In this document: piece by piece, positions 16,141-25,797 of the stretch | Layout: every line of letters starts with the position of its first letter | Numbering within the stretch: position 1 is the first letter of the stretch | Assembly (NCBI GenBank): GCA_963675525.2 | Contig: CAXXSL010000020.1 | Span: 135,974 to 199,973, forward strand | Origin: Anaerohalosphaeraceae bacterium | Lineage (GTDB): Bacteria > Planctomycetota > Phycisphaerae > Sedimentisphaerales > Anaerohalosphaeraceae | DNA: 64,000 bases | Reading direction: 5' to 3' | Made by a program: the position numbers and the translations under genes | The notes under the pieces: generated by a model | What the model was told of the DNA's origin: nothing | Database searches by the model: none | Seen by the model: only the letters and a program-made list of their open reading frames with translations

Positions 16141-18506
16141 ACATGAACGAACGTATCAAGAAACTTCGCAAACAAAGCGTCGAAATGAAACCTTATATCA
16201 GCTCGGAGCGGGCTGAACTGGTGACCGATTTTTATCAGTCGGGCATTGCCTCACAGGTTTCCGTTCCTGTGGCAAGGGCAATGCTGCTAAAGCATATCAT
16301 GGAAAACAAAACCATCTGCGTCAACGATGGCGAATTGATCGTCGGTGAACGGGGTCCGGCTCCCAAAGCCACGCCCACGTATCCGGAGCTGTGCTGTCAC
16401 GGTCTTGAAGACCTCGAGATCATGAGCCGGCGAGATCGAACCACATTTAACGTCAGCGAAGAGGTCAAAAAAGTCTATGCCGAAAAGATCATCCCGTTCT
16501 GGAAAGGCAAAACAATTCGCGAGAGCGTTTTTGACGCGATGACCGATCCCTGGCACCTGGCCTTTGAAGCAGGCGTTTTCACTGAATTTATGGAACAGCG
16601 GGCTCCGGGCCATGCCATTCTCGATGATAAGATCTACAAACGCGGCCTGTTGGACTTCCAGGATGATATTCGCGAAAGCCTGCGAAAGCTGGAAAATGCA
16701 AACGACCCTGAGGCCGATGCCAAACAGGAGGAACTTGAGGCCATGCGCATTGCCATCGATGCGGTACTGGTTCTTGCCAAACGGTACGCCGACACATGTG
16801 CAGAGATGGCAGCCGGCGAAAAAGATCCCAGCCGCAAACAGGAACTGGAGCACATGGCGGCGATTTGCCGGCATGTACCGGCTTATGCCCCCCGGACATT
16901 CCATGAGGCCCTGCAGGCTTACTGGCTTGTGCATCTTGGCGTGATCACGGAACTGAATGTTTGGGATTCGTACAATCCGGGACGACTGGACCAGCACCTC
17001 CGGCCGTTTTATCAACAGGAGATTGCCGACGGAACGCTCACTGAGAAGGATGCAAAAGAACTGCTCGAATGCTTCTGGATCAAGTTCAATAACCAGCCCG
17101 CCCCGCCGAAAGTGGGCATCACCGAAGAGCAAAGCGGGACGTATACGGATTTTGCCCTGATCAACGTCGGCGGCGTCAAACCCGAAGACGGCGAGGATGC
17201 CGTCAACGATGTGTCCTATTTGATCCTGGATGTTGTTGAAGAGATGCAATTGGTTCAGCCCAGCGCCTGTATCCAGTTGAGCATCAAAAATCCGCAGGCC
17301 TTTGTCAAGCGAGCCTGTGAAGTCATCCGAACCGGTCTTGGCCAGCCGTCGGTATTTAATACGGAGGTGATCCTGAAAGAAATGCTGCATGACGGCAAAA
17401 CCATTGAAGACGGCCGTGCCGGCGGTCCCAGCGGCTGCGTCACCATCAGCGCTTTTGGAAAAGAAAGCTGTACATTGACCGGCTACTGCAACTGGCCGAA
17501 GATTCTCGAACTGGCATTGAATAACGGCATTGATCCCAATTCCGGCAAGCAAATCGGTCCCCAAACCGGGGCCCCCGAAACCTTTACGGATTTTCAGCAT
17601 CTCATCGTTGCTTATAAAGAACAATTGCGATACTTCCTTGACCTGAAAGTCGAAGGCAACAGCACCATCGAACGGATTTATGCAGAGCAAATGCCCGCCC
17701 CGTTCATGTCGGTGCTGGTGGACGACTGCATCCGAAAAGGAAAGGACTATCACGATGGCGGGCCGCGCTACAATCCAACCTACATTCAGGGCGTCGGTAT
17801 CGGAACGCTGACCGATGCGCTGGCGGCGACGAAATTCCATGTGTTTGACAAGCAGACGCTAACCATGCGGGATTTGGCCGCCGCGTTAAGAAGTAATTTT
17901 GAAAATGACGAATCGTTACGGCTGCGGTTGGAACATCAAAGTCCGCGTTACGGCCGCGATGACGATTATGCCGACGCCATCGCAGTAGAGGCATTCAATA
18001 TCTACTACGATCTGCTCAACGGCCGGCCCAACACCAAAGGCGGCAAATACCGCGTCAACCTGCTGCCGACAACGGTCCATATTTATTTTGGCCAGGTTAC
18101 CGGTGCCCTGCCGCATGGACGAAAAGCTGGAATGCCGCTGTCCGACGGCATCTCTCCGACACAAGGCACAAAATCCGACGGCCCCACCACCATCGCCAAA
18201 TCCGCCTCCAAGATCGACCATGCCCGCACCGGCGGCACCCTGCTGAACATGAAGTTTAACCCGCAGGTACTGGAAGGCGAGGGACTGGACAAGCTGACGT
18301 ATCTGATTCGCGGCTATTTCAAACTCCAGGGACACCACGTTCAGTTCAATGTCGTCAGTAAAGAAACAATGCTGGCTGCCCAGAAAAACCCGACTGCCTA
18401 CAAGGATCTGATCGTCCGGGTCGCCGGCTACAGCGATTATTTTATAGATCTGGGCGTTGACCTGCAGAACGAGATCATCGCAAGAACTGAAATGGCAGAT
18501 ATTTAA
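16137..18506 (+). CDS. Glycyl radical enzyme, trans-4-hydroxy-L-proline dehydratase (HypD)-like clade
   Basis: TYPELCCH, FTEFMEQRAPGH, KFNNQPAPPKVGIT, YTDFA, LPTTVH and VRVAGYS match HypD-family motifs; the Cys loop is SGCVT rather than SGCVE. Confidence 0.88.
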   Translation: MNMNERIKKLRKQSVEMKPYISSERAELVTDFYQSGIASQVSVPVARAMLLKHIMENKTICVNDGELIVGERGPAPKATPTYPELCCHGLEDLEIMSRRDRTTFNVSEEVKKVYAEKIIPFWKGKTIRESVFDAMTDPWHLAFEAGVFTEFMEQRAPGHAILDDKIYKRGLLDFQDDIRESLRKLENANDPEADAKQEELEAMRIAIDAVLVLAKRYADTCAEMAAGEKDPSRKQELEHMAAICRHVPAYAPRTFHEALQAYWLVHLGVITELNVWDSYNPGRLDQHLRPFYQQEIADGTLTEKDAKELLECFWIKFNNQPAPPKVGITEEQSGTYTDFALINVGGVKPEDGEDAVNDVSYLILDVVEEMQLVQPSACIQLSIKNPQAFVKRACEVIRTGLGQPSVFNTEVILKEMLHDGKTIEDGRAGGPSGCVTISAFGKESCTLTGYCNWPKILELALNNGIDPNSGKQIGPQTGAPETFTDFQHLIVAYKEQLRYFLDLKVEGNSTIERIYAEQMPAPFMSVLVDDCIRKGKDYHDGGPRYNPTYIQGVGIGTLTDALAATKFHVFDKQTLTMRDLAAALRSNFENDESLRLRLEHQSPRYGRDDDYADAIAVEAFNIYYDLLNGRPNTKGGKYRVNLLPTTVHIYFGQVTGALPHGRKAGMPLSDGISPTQGTKSDGPTTIAKSASKIDHARTGGTLLNMKFNPQVLEGEGLDKLTYLIRGYFKLQGHHVQFNVVSKETMLAAQKNPTAYKDLIVRVAGYSDYFIDLGVDLQNEIIARTEMADI

Positions 18507-18654
18507 GTGTCTCCGCCCCAATAACAGTTTTTCTGGGTTTCTGTAAAAATTTGGTGTGTTTTGGCAGGAACTACTTGAAATTCATGTTTTATTGGCTATG
18601 ATGTCAGCTTCTTTTGGGGACAAACCCCAAAACGCGTGTTGAATACTGAAAAAA

Positions 18655-18728
<74 letters not shown>

Positions 18729-18791
18729 TTTTCCCATTCGGCACACAATGATCAACGCTCTCATAATTGAAGTACATAAGAGGTCAAAAGT

Positions 18792-19784
18792 ATGTCAGAA
18801 TTCTTCAATCGGGTTGTTAAAAAGGCATCCGAAAATATTCGCACGATAGTTCTGCCGGAAGGAGGGGACGAACGGACCATCGAAGCGGCCGCGCAGGTTC
18901 TGGAGTTGGGATTCGCAAAGATCATCCTTCTCGGCGATGTCAAAGCCATCGAAAACAAACTGAAAGAGTACGGCGGCGACCCCGCAAAACTTCAAATTCT
19001 CAATCCTTCCACAGACAATAAACACGACGAATTTTCAAACGCCTTTTACGAGATGCGTAAGCACAAAGGTCTGTCTCTGGAACAGGCCGACAATATTATC
19101 AAAGATGAGGTCTATTTCGGCACCATGCTGGTTAAATTAGGCTACGCGGACGGGCTTGTCGCCGGGGCGTGTCATGCATCCGCCGACACTATCCGCCCTG
19201 CCCTGCAGCTAATTAAGCCCATTCCGGGCCTGCGAACGATCTCCAGCACCTTCTTCATGTGTCTCGGCGAACAGACATATCTGTTCAGCGACTGCGGCCT
19301 GGTGCAGAATCCCACGTCTTCGCAGCTATGCGACATTGCCATCGAAACCACCAAGACAGCGTTCTTGTTCGGTCTCGAACCGCGGGTGGCGTTTTTGTCC
19401 TATTCGACCAAGGGTTCCGGCAGCGGCGAAGGGGTTGACAAGGTTGCCCGTGCTGCCGAGCGCGCCAAAGAAATTATGTTCGCCCTCTTTGGAGCCAAGG
19501 TGCCTGTTGATGGGGAACTGCAGTTTGACGCGGCATTCGTTCCGGCGGTGGCCGAGTTGAAATGCCCGGGGAGTCCGCTCAAGGGCAATGCCAACGTGTT
19601 CATCTTCCCCGATCTTGCATCGGGAAATATCTGCTATAAAGCCGTCCAGCGACTGGCGGGGGCTGAAGCATTCGGCCCGGTCCTGCAGGGGCTGGCAAAA
19701 CCGGTCAATGACCTGTCCCGCGGCTGCAACGCACATGATATTGTGGCAACGGTCGCCATCACGGCAATTCAGTCACTCTGTTGA
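18792..19784 (+). CDS. pta: Phosphate acetyltransferase
   Basis: IVLPEG, FLSYSTKGS, DGELQFDAA, FIFPDLASGNICYK, GPVLQGLAKPVNDLSRGC. Confidence 0.95.
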   Translation: MSEFFNRVVKKASENIRTIVLPEGGDERTIEAAAQVLELGFAKIILLGDVKAIENKLKEYGGDPAKLQILNPSTDNKHDEFSNAFYEMRKHKGLSLEQADNIIKDEVYFGTMLVKLGYADGLVAGACHASADTIRPALQLIKPIPGLRTISSTFFMCLGEQTYLFSDCGLVQNPTSSQLCDIAIETTKTAFLFGLEPRVAFLSYSTKGSGSGEGVDKVARAAERAKEIMFALFGAKVPVDGELQFDAAFVPAVAELKCPGSPLKGNANVFIFPDLASGNICYKAVQRLAGAEAFGPVLQGLAKPVNDLSRGCNAHDIVATVAITAIQSLC

Positions 19785-19802
19785 CAGATTGATTTAAATA
19801 AT

Positions 19803-19834
19803 AAAAAAAGCCCTGAATATCGCAGGGCTTTTTT
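19803..19834. terminator. Bidirectional intrinsic terminator between convergent pta and bfr
   Basis: AAAAAAAGCCCTG-aatatcg-CAGGGCTTTTTT. Confidence 0.85.
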
Positions 19835-19861
19835 ATTTAACCAAATTTGTACTCGCAGGAT

Positions 19862-20398
19862 TTATTCGCCCGCCTGGCGTGCCACAAATCCCTGCGTATT
19901 TAAGCCCGTCGCCGAAGGAGTACCTGCAATCTGAGCCAGATAAACATTGCCAAGGTTTTCGATATGGCCGCGAATATTGTCGAAATAATTGAAATGGGCC
20001 TGTTCTTCGTCGATAACATCTTCAAGAATCTTCGCGGTCACGTTATCACCGTTTTCGCGGCATGTTTTCAGAAAGCCGTTGTAAATAAACACGGTATCAT
20101 CTTCCAGTTTGACATCAAACGGAAATATTGCTTCAACCTTCTGTCCTTTCTGGACCTTATCCGCCAGATCCGCCGTCGGTTCGCCGCCCAGTTCCTTGAT
20201 TCGTTCGGCAAACATTTCGGCATGCCGCATTTCATCAACGGCGATCAGCTTCATTTTAGCCGCCAGTTCACCATAATCCATGTCATCCAGATTATAATGC
20301 TGGTTCATATACTGACCAATTGCCTGAAGTTCCATCGCACGGGCTTTGTTCAGAACCTCAATCACCGCCTGTTTGGCCTGTTCTTTATTACTCATCAT
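19862..20398 (-). CDS. bfr: Bacterioferritin
   Basis: Ferroxidase ligands in ELQAIGQY, DEMRHAE and EEQAH; heme-ligand Met within EMRH. Confidence 0.9.
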   Translation of the reverse strand: MMSNKEQAKQAVIEVLNKARAMELQAIGQYMNQHYNLDDMDYGELAAKMKLIAVDEMRHAEMFAERIKELGGEPTADLADKVQKGQKVEAIFPFDVKLEDDTVFIYNGFLKTCRENGDNVTAKILEDVIDEEQAHFNYFDNIRGHIENLGNVYLAQIAGTPSATGLNTQGFVARQAGE

Positions 20399-20534
20399 AT
20401 TTCTCCTGTTCAGGGGTATATCATTTACATCCGGTATTCAATCATGCAATCACAGAACTATGTAAATAAATGAGCTGAAACTTGTCAAGTATAAATTGGG
20501 AGGAAAGTTGAAGGGGTTTGTCGAATTTAAAACA

Positions 20535-20620
20535 TGCCCAGGAGAGGATTTGAACCTCCACGAGGTATTAACCTCACCAGGCCCTCAACCTGGCGCGTCT
20601 GCCAATTCCGCCACCTGGGC
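20535..20620 (-). tRNA. tRNA-Leu(GAG)
   Basis: Reverse complement GCCCAGGTGGCGGAATTGGCAGACGCGCCAGG-TTGAGGG-CCTGG, long variable arm, GGTTCAAATCC, CCTGGGCA. Confidence 0.96.
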
Positions 20621-20707
20621 ATAAGGTGAGCATTTTAGGCAAAAAATCGGAGAAATCAAGCCCCAATCTTTCAAATTTCGTTAATTCCCGTTCAATTTCC
20701 CACGCTT

Positions 20708-22120
20708 TTAATCGATCTTGACAATGTCCTGGTATTTGGGGACCATAACGTCCCATCCGGTTTTTTCGATGAGGAAATCTTTGAAGCTGTGGGCGGCTTC
20801 TTTTTCGCCGTGGACGACGAAGATTTTTCGCGGCTTATTTTGAATATTCTGCAGCCAGGTCAGAATCTCCAGTTTATCGGCATGGGCGCTGAATCCGTGG
20901 ACCTGTACAATGTTGGCATTGACGGGGAGCATCTGACCCAGGATACGCACTTCGGCGCCCTTCTCGGCCTCGAGAATATTGCGGCCCAGCGTACCGACCG
21001 CCTGATAGCCGACAAACAGCACGGTGCATTCGGGGCGGGTGATATTGTTGACGAGATGGTGCTTGACACGACCGCCGGTGCACATGCCGGAACCGGCGAT
21101 AACCATAATGGTGCCTTTGATGGTATTGATGGCCTTGGATTCGCGAGTCGACGCAACCAGCTTCAGCCCTTTGAAGGTAAAGGGTGATTCGTCGTGCGCC
21201 ATCAACTGTGTCATTTGTTTATCGTACAACTCGGGGTGTTTTTCGAAGACCTTTGTCACCCGAACGGCCATGGGACTGTCGAGGAATGTCATAATGTGCG
21301 GGATACGGTCCTCCATGAGCAATTCGTTCATATAGTACAAGACTTCCTGAGCGCGTTCGATGGAAAAACTGGGGACGATAATATTTCCGCCGGCCTCGAT
21401 GGTTTTATTGACCGCGTCGCAAAGCTGCTCCTTGGTGTCTTCTACACTGGTATGCACACGATCGCCATAGGTGGATTCCACGAAGATATAATCGGCTTGG
21501 GTGAAAATCGCGGGATTTTTCAGTATCGGTTTACCGATACGGCCTAAATCACCGGTAAAGAGGATCGTTCGCTGCTCGCCGTCCAATTTTACCACCACTT
21601 TGATAATGGACGAGCCGAAAATATGCCCGGCTTCGTGGAAACTGGCTTCAATGTCGTCGGCAACCTGGACAGGTACATTGTACTGAACCGGTGAAAACAG
21701 CGTCGAGCAGTTCTGCGCCTCTTCCTGTGTATAGAGCGGTTCGACCGGCCGCGGCGGGGTGTGGCCCGCGCGTTTGTGACGCTTAATCTTAAATTGCGCA
21801 TCTTCTTCCTGGATCTTGCCGGAATCGGCCAGCACGATCTCGGCAATCTCTGCGGTGGCTTCGGTACAGTAAACCCTGCCTTTAAATCCTTCTTTGACCA
21901 GTTTCGGCAGCAACCCGCAATGGTCCAGATGGGCATGGGTCAATAAAACGGCATTTAGTTCCGCCGGATCGACGCCGAAATCGGCCCAGTTCCTGTCCTG
22001 CAGATCACGCTCCTGGTACAGCCCACAATCGACCATCACTTTTGAGTGGTTAAACTCGAGTAAATGCCGGGAACCGGTCACGGACTCGGCGGCTCCGAGA
22101 AATCTGACTTGAATATCCAT
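20708..22120 (-). CDS. MBL-fold / beta-CASP ribonuclease
   Basis: THAHLDH, AGHIFGS, ESTYG, SGMCTGGR, FSAHAD, VVHGE. Confidence 0.92.
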   Translation of the reverse strand: MDIQVRFLGAAESVTGSRHLLEFNHSKVMVDCGLYQERDLQDRNWADFGVDPAELNAVLLTHAHLDHCGLLPKLVKEGFKGRVYCTEATAEIAEIVLADSGKIQEEDAQFKIKRHKRAGHTPPRPVEPLYTQEEAQNCSTLFSPVQYNVPVQVADDIEASFHEAGHIFGSSIIKVVVKLDGEQRTILFTGDLGRIGKPILKNPAIFTQADYIFVESTYGDRVHTSVEDTKEQLCDAVNKTIEAGGNIIVPSFSIERAQEVLYYMNELLMEDRIPHIMTFLDSPMAVRVTKVFEKHPELYDKQMTQLMAHDESPFTFKGLKLVASTRESKAINTIKGTIMVIAGSGMCTGGRVKHHLVNNITRPECTVLFVGYQAVGTLGRNILEAEKGAEVRILGQMLPVNANIVQVHGFSAHADKLEILTWLQNIQNKPRKIFVVHGEKEAAHSFKDFLIEKTGWDVMVPKYQDIVKID

Positions 22121-22191
22121 TAAATTCTCCTGTTATTTTGTCACAACTGAACTGCATGACAATTCAAAAAAGATTCATTGTTCTTGTATCT

Positions 22192-22219
22192 CTGGATTCC
22201 CGCCTTCGCGGGAATGACA
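22192..22219. repeat. REP-like palindrome, identical to 63742-63769
   Basis: CTGGATTCCCGCCTTCGCGGGAATGACA. Confidence 0.8.
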
Positions 22220-22244
22220 AGTGAAACTTTTCATTACGTTTGCA

Positions 22245-23453
22245 TTATTTCAAATACGGCCCCATCATGCCCGGTTTCAGGAAGAGGTAATACAACTTGC
22301 CTTCTTCATACACCTGTCCGGCCATTTGGCCGGCTTTGTCACCGACGCCCATATAAACATCGCAACGGCCCGGTGCACGGATCGCCCCGCCCGTATCCTG
22401 ATCAAGCGCAAAACCGGTGTAAGGCGCTTTTTGTATCATGCCGCCAACCGCTCGGGGCAGTTTTGTTTTCAAAAACGTGATACACGCCCTCGGATAGATC
22501 GACTTGTCCGTAGCGATCGACCGGTAGGGAATGACCTGTTCGTTGAGGCTGCCGCGAGGGTTGCCTGAATCCGTTCGGAAGAAAACATAGCGTGGATTGC
22601 GGTTGATATAATCGGCAACATGCTCGGGGTGCAGTTTAAAATAATCTATCATCCCCTTGAGACTCATGCCTTCGGCAGGCACCCGGTTTTCATCGATCAA
22701 CTGCCGAGCGACGCTTTTGTATTCGTGTCCGTTGTTGGCGGCGTAGCCAAGTGTTATCATTTCGCCGTTTGGCAGGCGAATGATCGCCGAGCCTTGTACG
22801 TGAGCGATATAGACCTCGAACGGGTCGGCCAGCCATGCGATCTCGGTGCCCTTTAACATGCCCGAGGTTTCGATCTCTCTACGCGCCGGATACGGGGCGA
22901 CCGAACCGTCCGGCTTTTTTTGTCCAAGAATATCGCCCTTTTCATTCTTGACCAGATCCGCAGGCATTTTATACAAGGGATATTTGAATCTTTCAGATGC
23001 TTTCAGCGAGCCGTCAAAGATCGGGGTGTAGTAGCCGGTGAAAAGCACCGTGCCCATATTGTCACAGCCAACGGACTGATAAAAATCGAATCGGGCACGA
23101 ATCGCAGTATCCAGTTCCCTGCCATACAGGCCGCTGTCGAGAAGCGTCCCGAGTGCTTTGAGGCTGGCAACCGCCCTGTCGTGTGTGATCTCTCCGGACG
23201 GGAAGAACAGCTTGCTGGAAGGTTTGGACAAGTAGCTTAAACTGTTGTCAATTCCGTCACGCAGATTTTTGAGATCGTAGCAGGCCATGGTCAGGTCGGG
23301 AATCATCGACGGGTCGGTGATTCTACGCAAGGCGTAAGCGCCGGGCGGTAATTGCCTGTCATATTCAGGAGCTTTGATCTCCTGAGCGGTTTTACAGCCT
23401 GTCAATACCAAAATTGACGCTAAAACGATTAACAACAGAAACTTACATCTCAT
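22245..23453 (-). CDS. mltA: Membrane-bound lytic murein transglycosylase A (lipoprotein)
   Basis: Lipobox LTGC, FTGYYTP, HVQGS, NPRYVFF, DTGGAI...DVYMG (3D domain). Confidence 0.92.
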   Translation of the reverse strand: MRCKFLLLIVLASILVLTGCKTAQEIKAPEYDRQLPPGAYALRRITDPSMIPDLTMACYDLKNLRDGIDNSLSYLSKPSSKLFFPSGEITHDRAVASLKALGTLLDSGLYGRELDTAIRARFDFYQSVGCDNMGTVLFTGYYTPIFDGSLKASERFKYPLYKMPADLVKNEKGDILGQKKPDGSVAPYPARREIETSGMLKGTEIAWLADPFEVYIAHVQGSAIIRLPNGEMITLGYAANNGHEYKSVARQLIDENRVPAEGMSLKGMIDYFKLHPEHVADYINRNPRYVFFRTDSGNPRGSLNEQVIPYRSIATDKSIYPRACITFLKTKLPRAVGGMIQKAPYTGFALDQDTGGAIRAPGRCDVYMGVGDKAGQMAGQVYEEGKLYYLFLKPGMMGPYLK

Positions 23454-23683
23454 ATCGACTCCGTGATCCTATTCTAAAGTGTCTTCGCTGCTTCGTACTA
23501 AGTTTATTCGATATAGTTACTTATGCATCTTATGGCCAGAGGCCTCATCTGTCAACAGTTAACTCATCGTACAATTCGCCACTGATTCTTTAATGAAGTA
23601 AAAAGAATTGACAATTCACAAAAAAACGCGGAGAATAAATACCTAACATAAAATATTAACTTCCTTTGAGAAAGGGGCAAAAC

Positions 23684-24319
23684 ATGAGAATAACAGGGTT
23701 GATTTTACTGGCGGCAATTTCGGTTAGTTTCCTGGGCTGCACGACAGCGGAGAGTTACTATCGAGAGGGTTACGATTTCTACCAGATCGATAAGGTGGCG
23801 GTGGTCGATGTGATCGGGCCGGTCGGAAGCGAAGCGGCCAAGAATCAGATCGCGGATTTCTTTGTGATGGAATTGCTGAAAAAAGGCTATTCACCGATCG
23901 AACGCTCCCAGGTGCAGGTTATCCTGAATGAGCAGAAGTTCCAGTCCTCAGACATTACCAGCAACGAAGGCGTTGCCAAGACAGGTGAAATTCTCAATGT
24001 TCCTGTCGTCCTCTTTGTCAATGTCCCCAAGTTTGACGAGGAAATCACCCTTAGTGCCAAGATGGTTGATGTCCAGGACGGCAGTATCCTTTGGATGGGC
24101 ACCGGAACGGGTACGACCGGCAAAACACTGAACACCATTCTCGGTGCAGCCGGCGGTGCGATTATCGGCGGTGCCGTCAGCAACAACGATAATCGTGTGA
24201 TCGGCGCCATCGGAGGCGGTGTCGCCGGCGGAGCGGCAGGCGCATTGCTGTCTCCCCAAACCGAGCAAAAGGTACGGGAACTTACCGGGAAAATCTGCAA
24301 AACATTGCCTACTCGATAA
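23684..24319 (+). CDS. Lipoprotein with CsgG/TolB-N-like domain and glycine zipper
   Basis: Lipobox FLGC; IERSQVQVILNEQ, AKMVDVQDGSILW; GAAGGAIIGG glycine zipper. Confidence 0.7.
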   Translation: MRITGLILLAAISVSFLGCTTAESYYREGYDFYQIDKVAVVDVIGPVGSEAAKNQIADFFVMELLKKGYSPIERSQVQVILNEQKFQSSDITSNEGVAKTGEILNVPVVLFVNVPKFDEEITLSAKMVDVQDGSILWMGTGTGTTGKTLNTILGAAGGAIIGGAVSNNDNRVIGAIGGGVAGGAAGALLSPQTEQKVRELTGKICKTLPTR

Positions 24320-24363
24320 AACGCTTATCGTAGACGCACTGTTTTCAATGAATCGAATAACCC

Positions 24364-24403
24364 AACCCACCTCTAAGGTTTTTGCCCTTTGAGGTGGGTT
24401 TTT
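24364..24403 (+). terminator. Probable intrinsic terminator
   Basis: AACCCACCTC...GAGGTGGGTT followed by a T run. Confidence 0.6.
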
Positions 24404-24471
24404 GCTTGATTTAAGGAGATTTTTTGCGTAGAGTTGTTACCGTGTAAAATAAATCTGCTTTGAGGAAATAT

Positions 24472-25797
24472 ATGAAACCACGAATGATTAAAATCGGGCT
24501 TGTCGGGTATGGAACGGTCGGTGTGGGTGTGGCAAAGATTCTCTTCGAGAATGCCGCAGAAATCACCACCCGCACGGGCCTGAAACTGGAATTGGCCTGT
24601 GTTGTTGACAAGGATATCACCAGCCCGCGCATCTTTGAACTGCCGGAGGGCCTGCTGACCAACGACATCAATGTCCTGCTGAACGATGAAACGATTGATA
24701 TCGCGCTGGAATTGGTCGGCGGCACAACCTTTGCCAAAGACCTGCAGCTTCAGATGCTGAAGGCGGGTAAGCATGTTGTCACCGCCAATAAAGCGTTGCT
24801 TGCCGAACACGGTGAGGAATTGTACAAGGCCGCTCTGGAGGCCAAACGCTGTATCGCATTCGAAGCAAGCTGCTGCGGTGGAATCCCGATCGTTTCGGCG
24901 CTTCGAACAGGGTTGGCAGCCAATGGTATTGCCGGTTTGTACGGAATTCTCAACGGCACCTGTAATTACATTCTGACCAATATGACCTTTGAGGGTTCGG
25001 AATTCGCCGATGTCCTCAAAGAAGCCCAGGCAAAGGGCTTTGCCGAAGCAGACCCAACACTGGATATCAATGGGATGGATACCGCTCATAAGCTTGCGAT
25101 TCTCGGGGGTCTGGCGTTCAACTGCCGGATCAGCATGGAGGATATCTTCGTAGAGGGTATCGAGAATATCAATATTATGGATATCCGAAGTGCGCTGGAA
25201 ATGGGATATATTCTGAAACTGCTGGCGATCGGTGAAAAAAATGCAGACGGTCAGATATCGCTGCGGGTGCATCCGTCTTTTATATCGGATCACACTCCGC
25301 TGGCTCAAGTTGAAGGTCCGTTCAATGCCGTCAGCGTTTTTGGAAACGCCATCGGCAATATGATGCTGTATGGACGCGGCGCAGGCATGATGGCTACGGC
25401 CAGTGCGGTTGTCGCCGATATCATTGATATCGCACTGGGTACCAGCCAGCATCTGTTTGAAACGATGCCCATGGCGACAGACATGAAACCGGCAACCAGC
25501 ATCAAAAAGATTGATGACATCGACAGCCGGTTTTACATTCGAATCATGGCCAAGGATGAACCGGGCGTTTTCGCTGCTTACGGACAGGTCCTTGGGAAAC
25601 ATGAAATCAGTATCAGCGGCGCGATTCAGCATGAGTGGATCGGTCCGCAAAATACAGTACCGGTTGTGATAACGACCCATCCAACAAAACAAAAAAATAT
25701 GGATGCGGCTTTAAAGGAACTGGAACAACTTGACATTATTATTCAAAAGCCGGTTTGTATTCGCATTGTCGATATCCCGGAGGATAAAGAAGAGTGA
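24472..25797 (+). CDS. hom: Homoserine dehydrogenase with C-terminal ACT domain
   Basis: GYGTVG, VVTANKA, GILNGTCNYIL, AEADPTLD, YGRGAG. Confidence 0.96.
   Translation: MKPRMIKIGLVGYGTVGVGVAKILFENAAEITTRTGLKLELACVVDKDITSPRIFELPEGLLTNDINVLLNDETIDIALELVGGTTFAKDLQLQMLKAGKHVVTANKALLAEHGEELYKAALEAKRCIAFEASCCGGIPIVSALRTGLAANGIAGLYGILNGTCNYILTNMTFEGSEFADVLKEAQAKGFAEADPTLDINGMDTAHKLAILGGLAFNCRISMEDIFVEGIENINIMDIRSALEMGYILKLLAIGEKNADGQISLRVHPSFISDHTPLAQVEGPFNAVSVFGNAIGNMMLYGRGAGMMATASAVVADIIDIALGTSQHLFETMPMATDMKPATSIKKIDDIDSRFYIRIMAKDEPGVFAAYGQVLGKHEISISGAIQHEWIGPQNTVPVVITTHPTKQKNMDAALKELEQLDIIIQKPVCIRIVDIPEDKEE

Noticed and set aside
16287..17840. Long antisense ORFs (also 24373-25692 and 34411-35346)
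   Set aside because: Shadow frames opposite well-supported genes (GRE, hom, smc) with no recognisable motifs.
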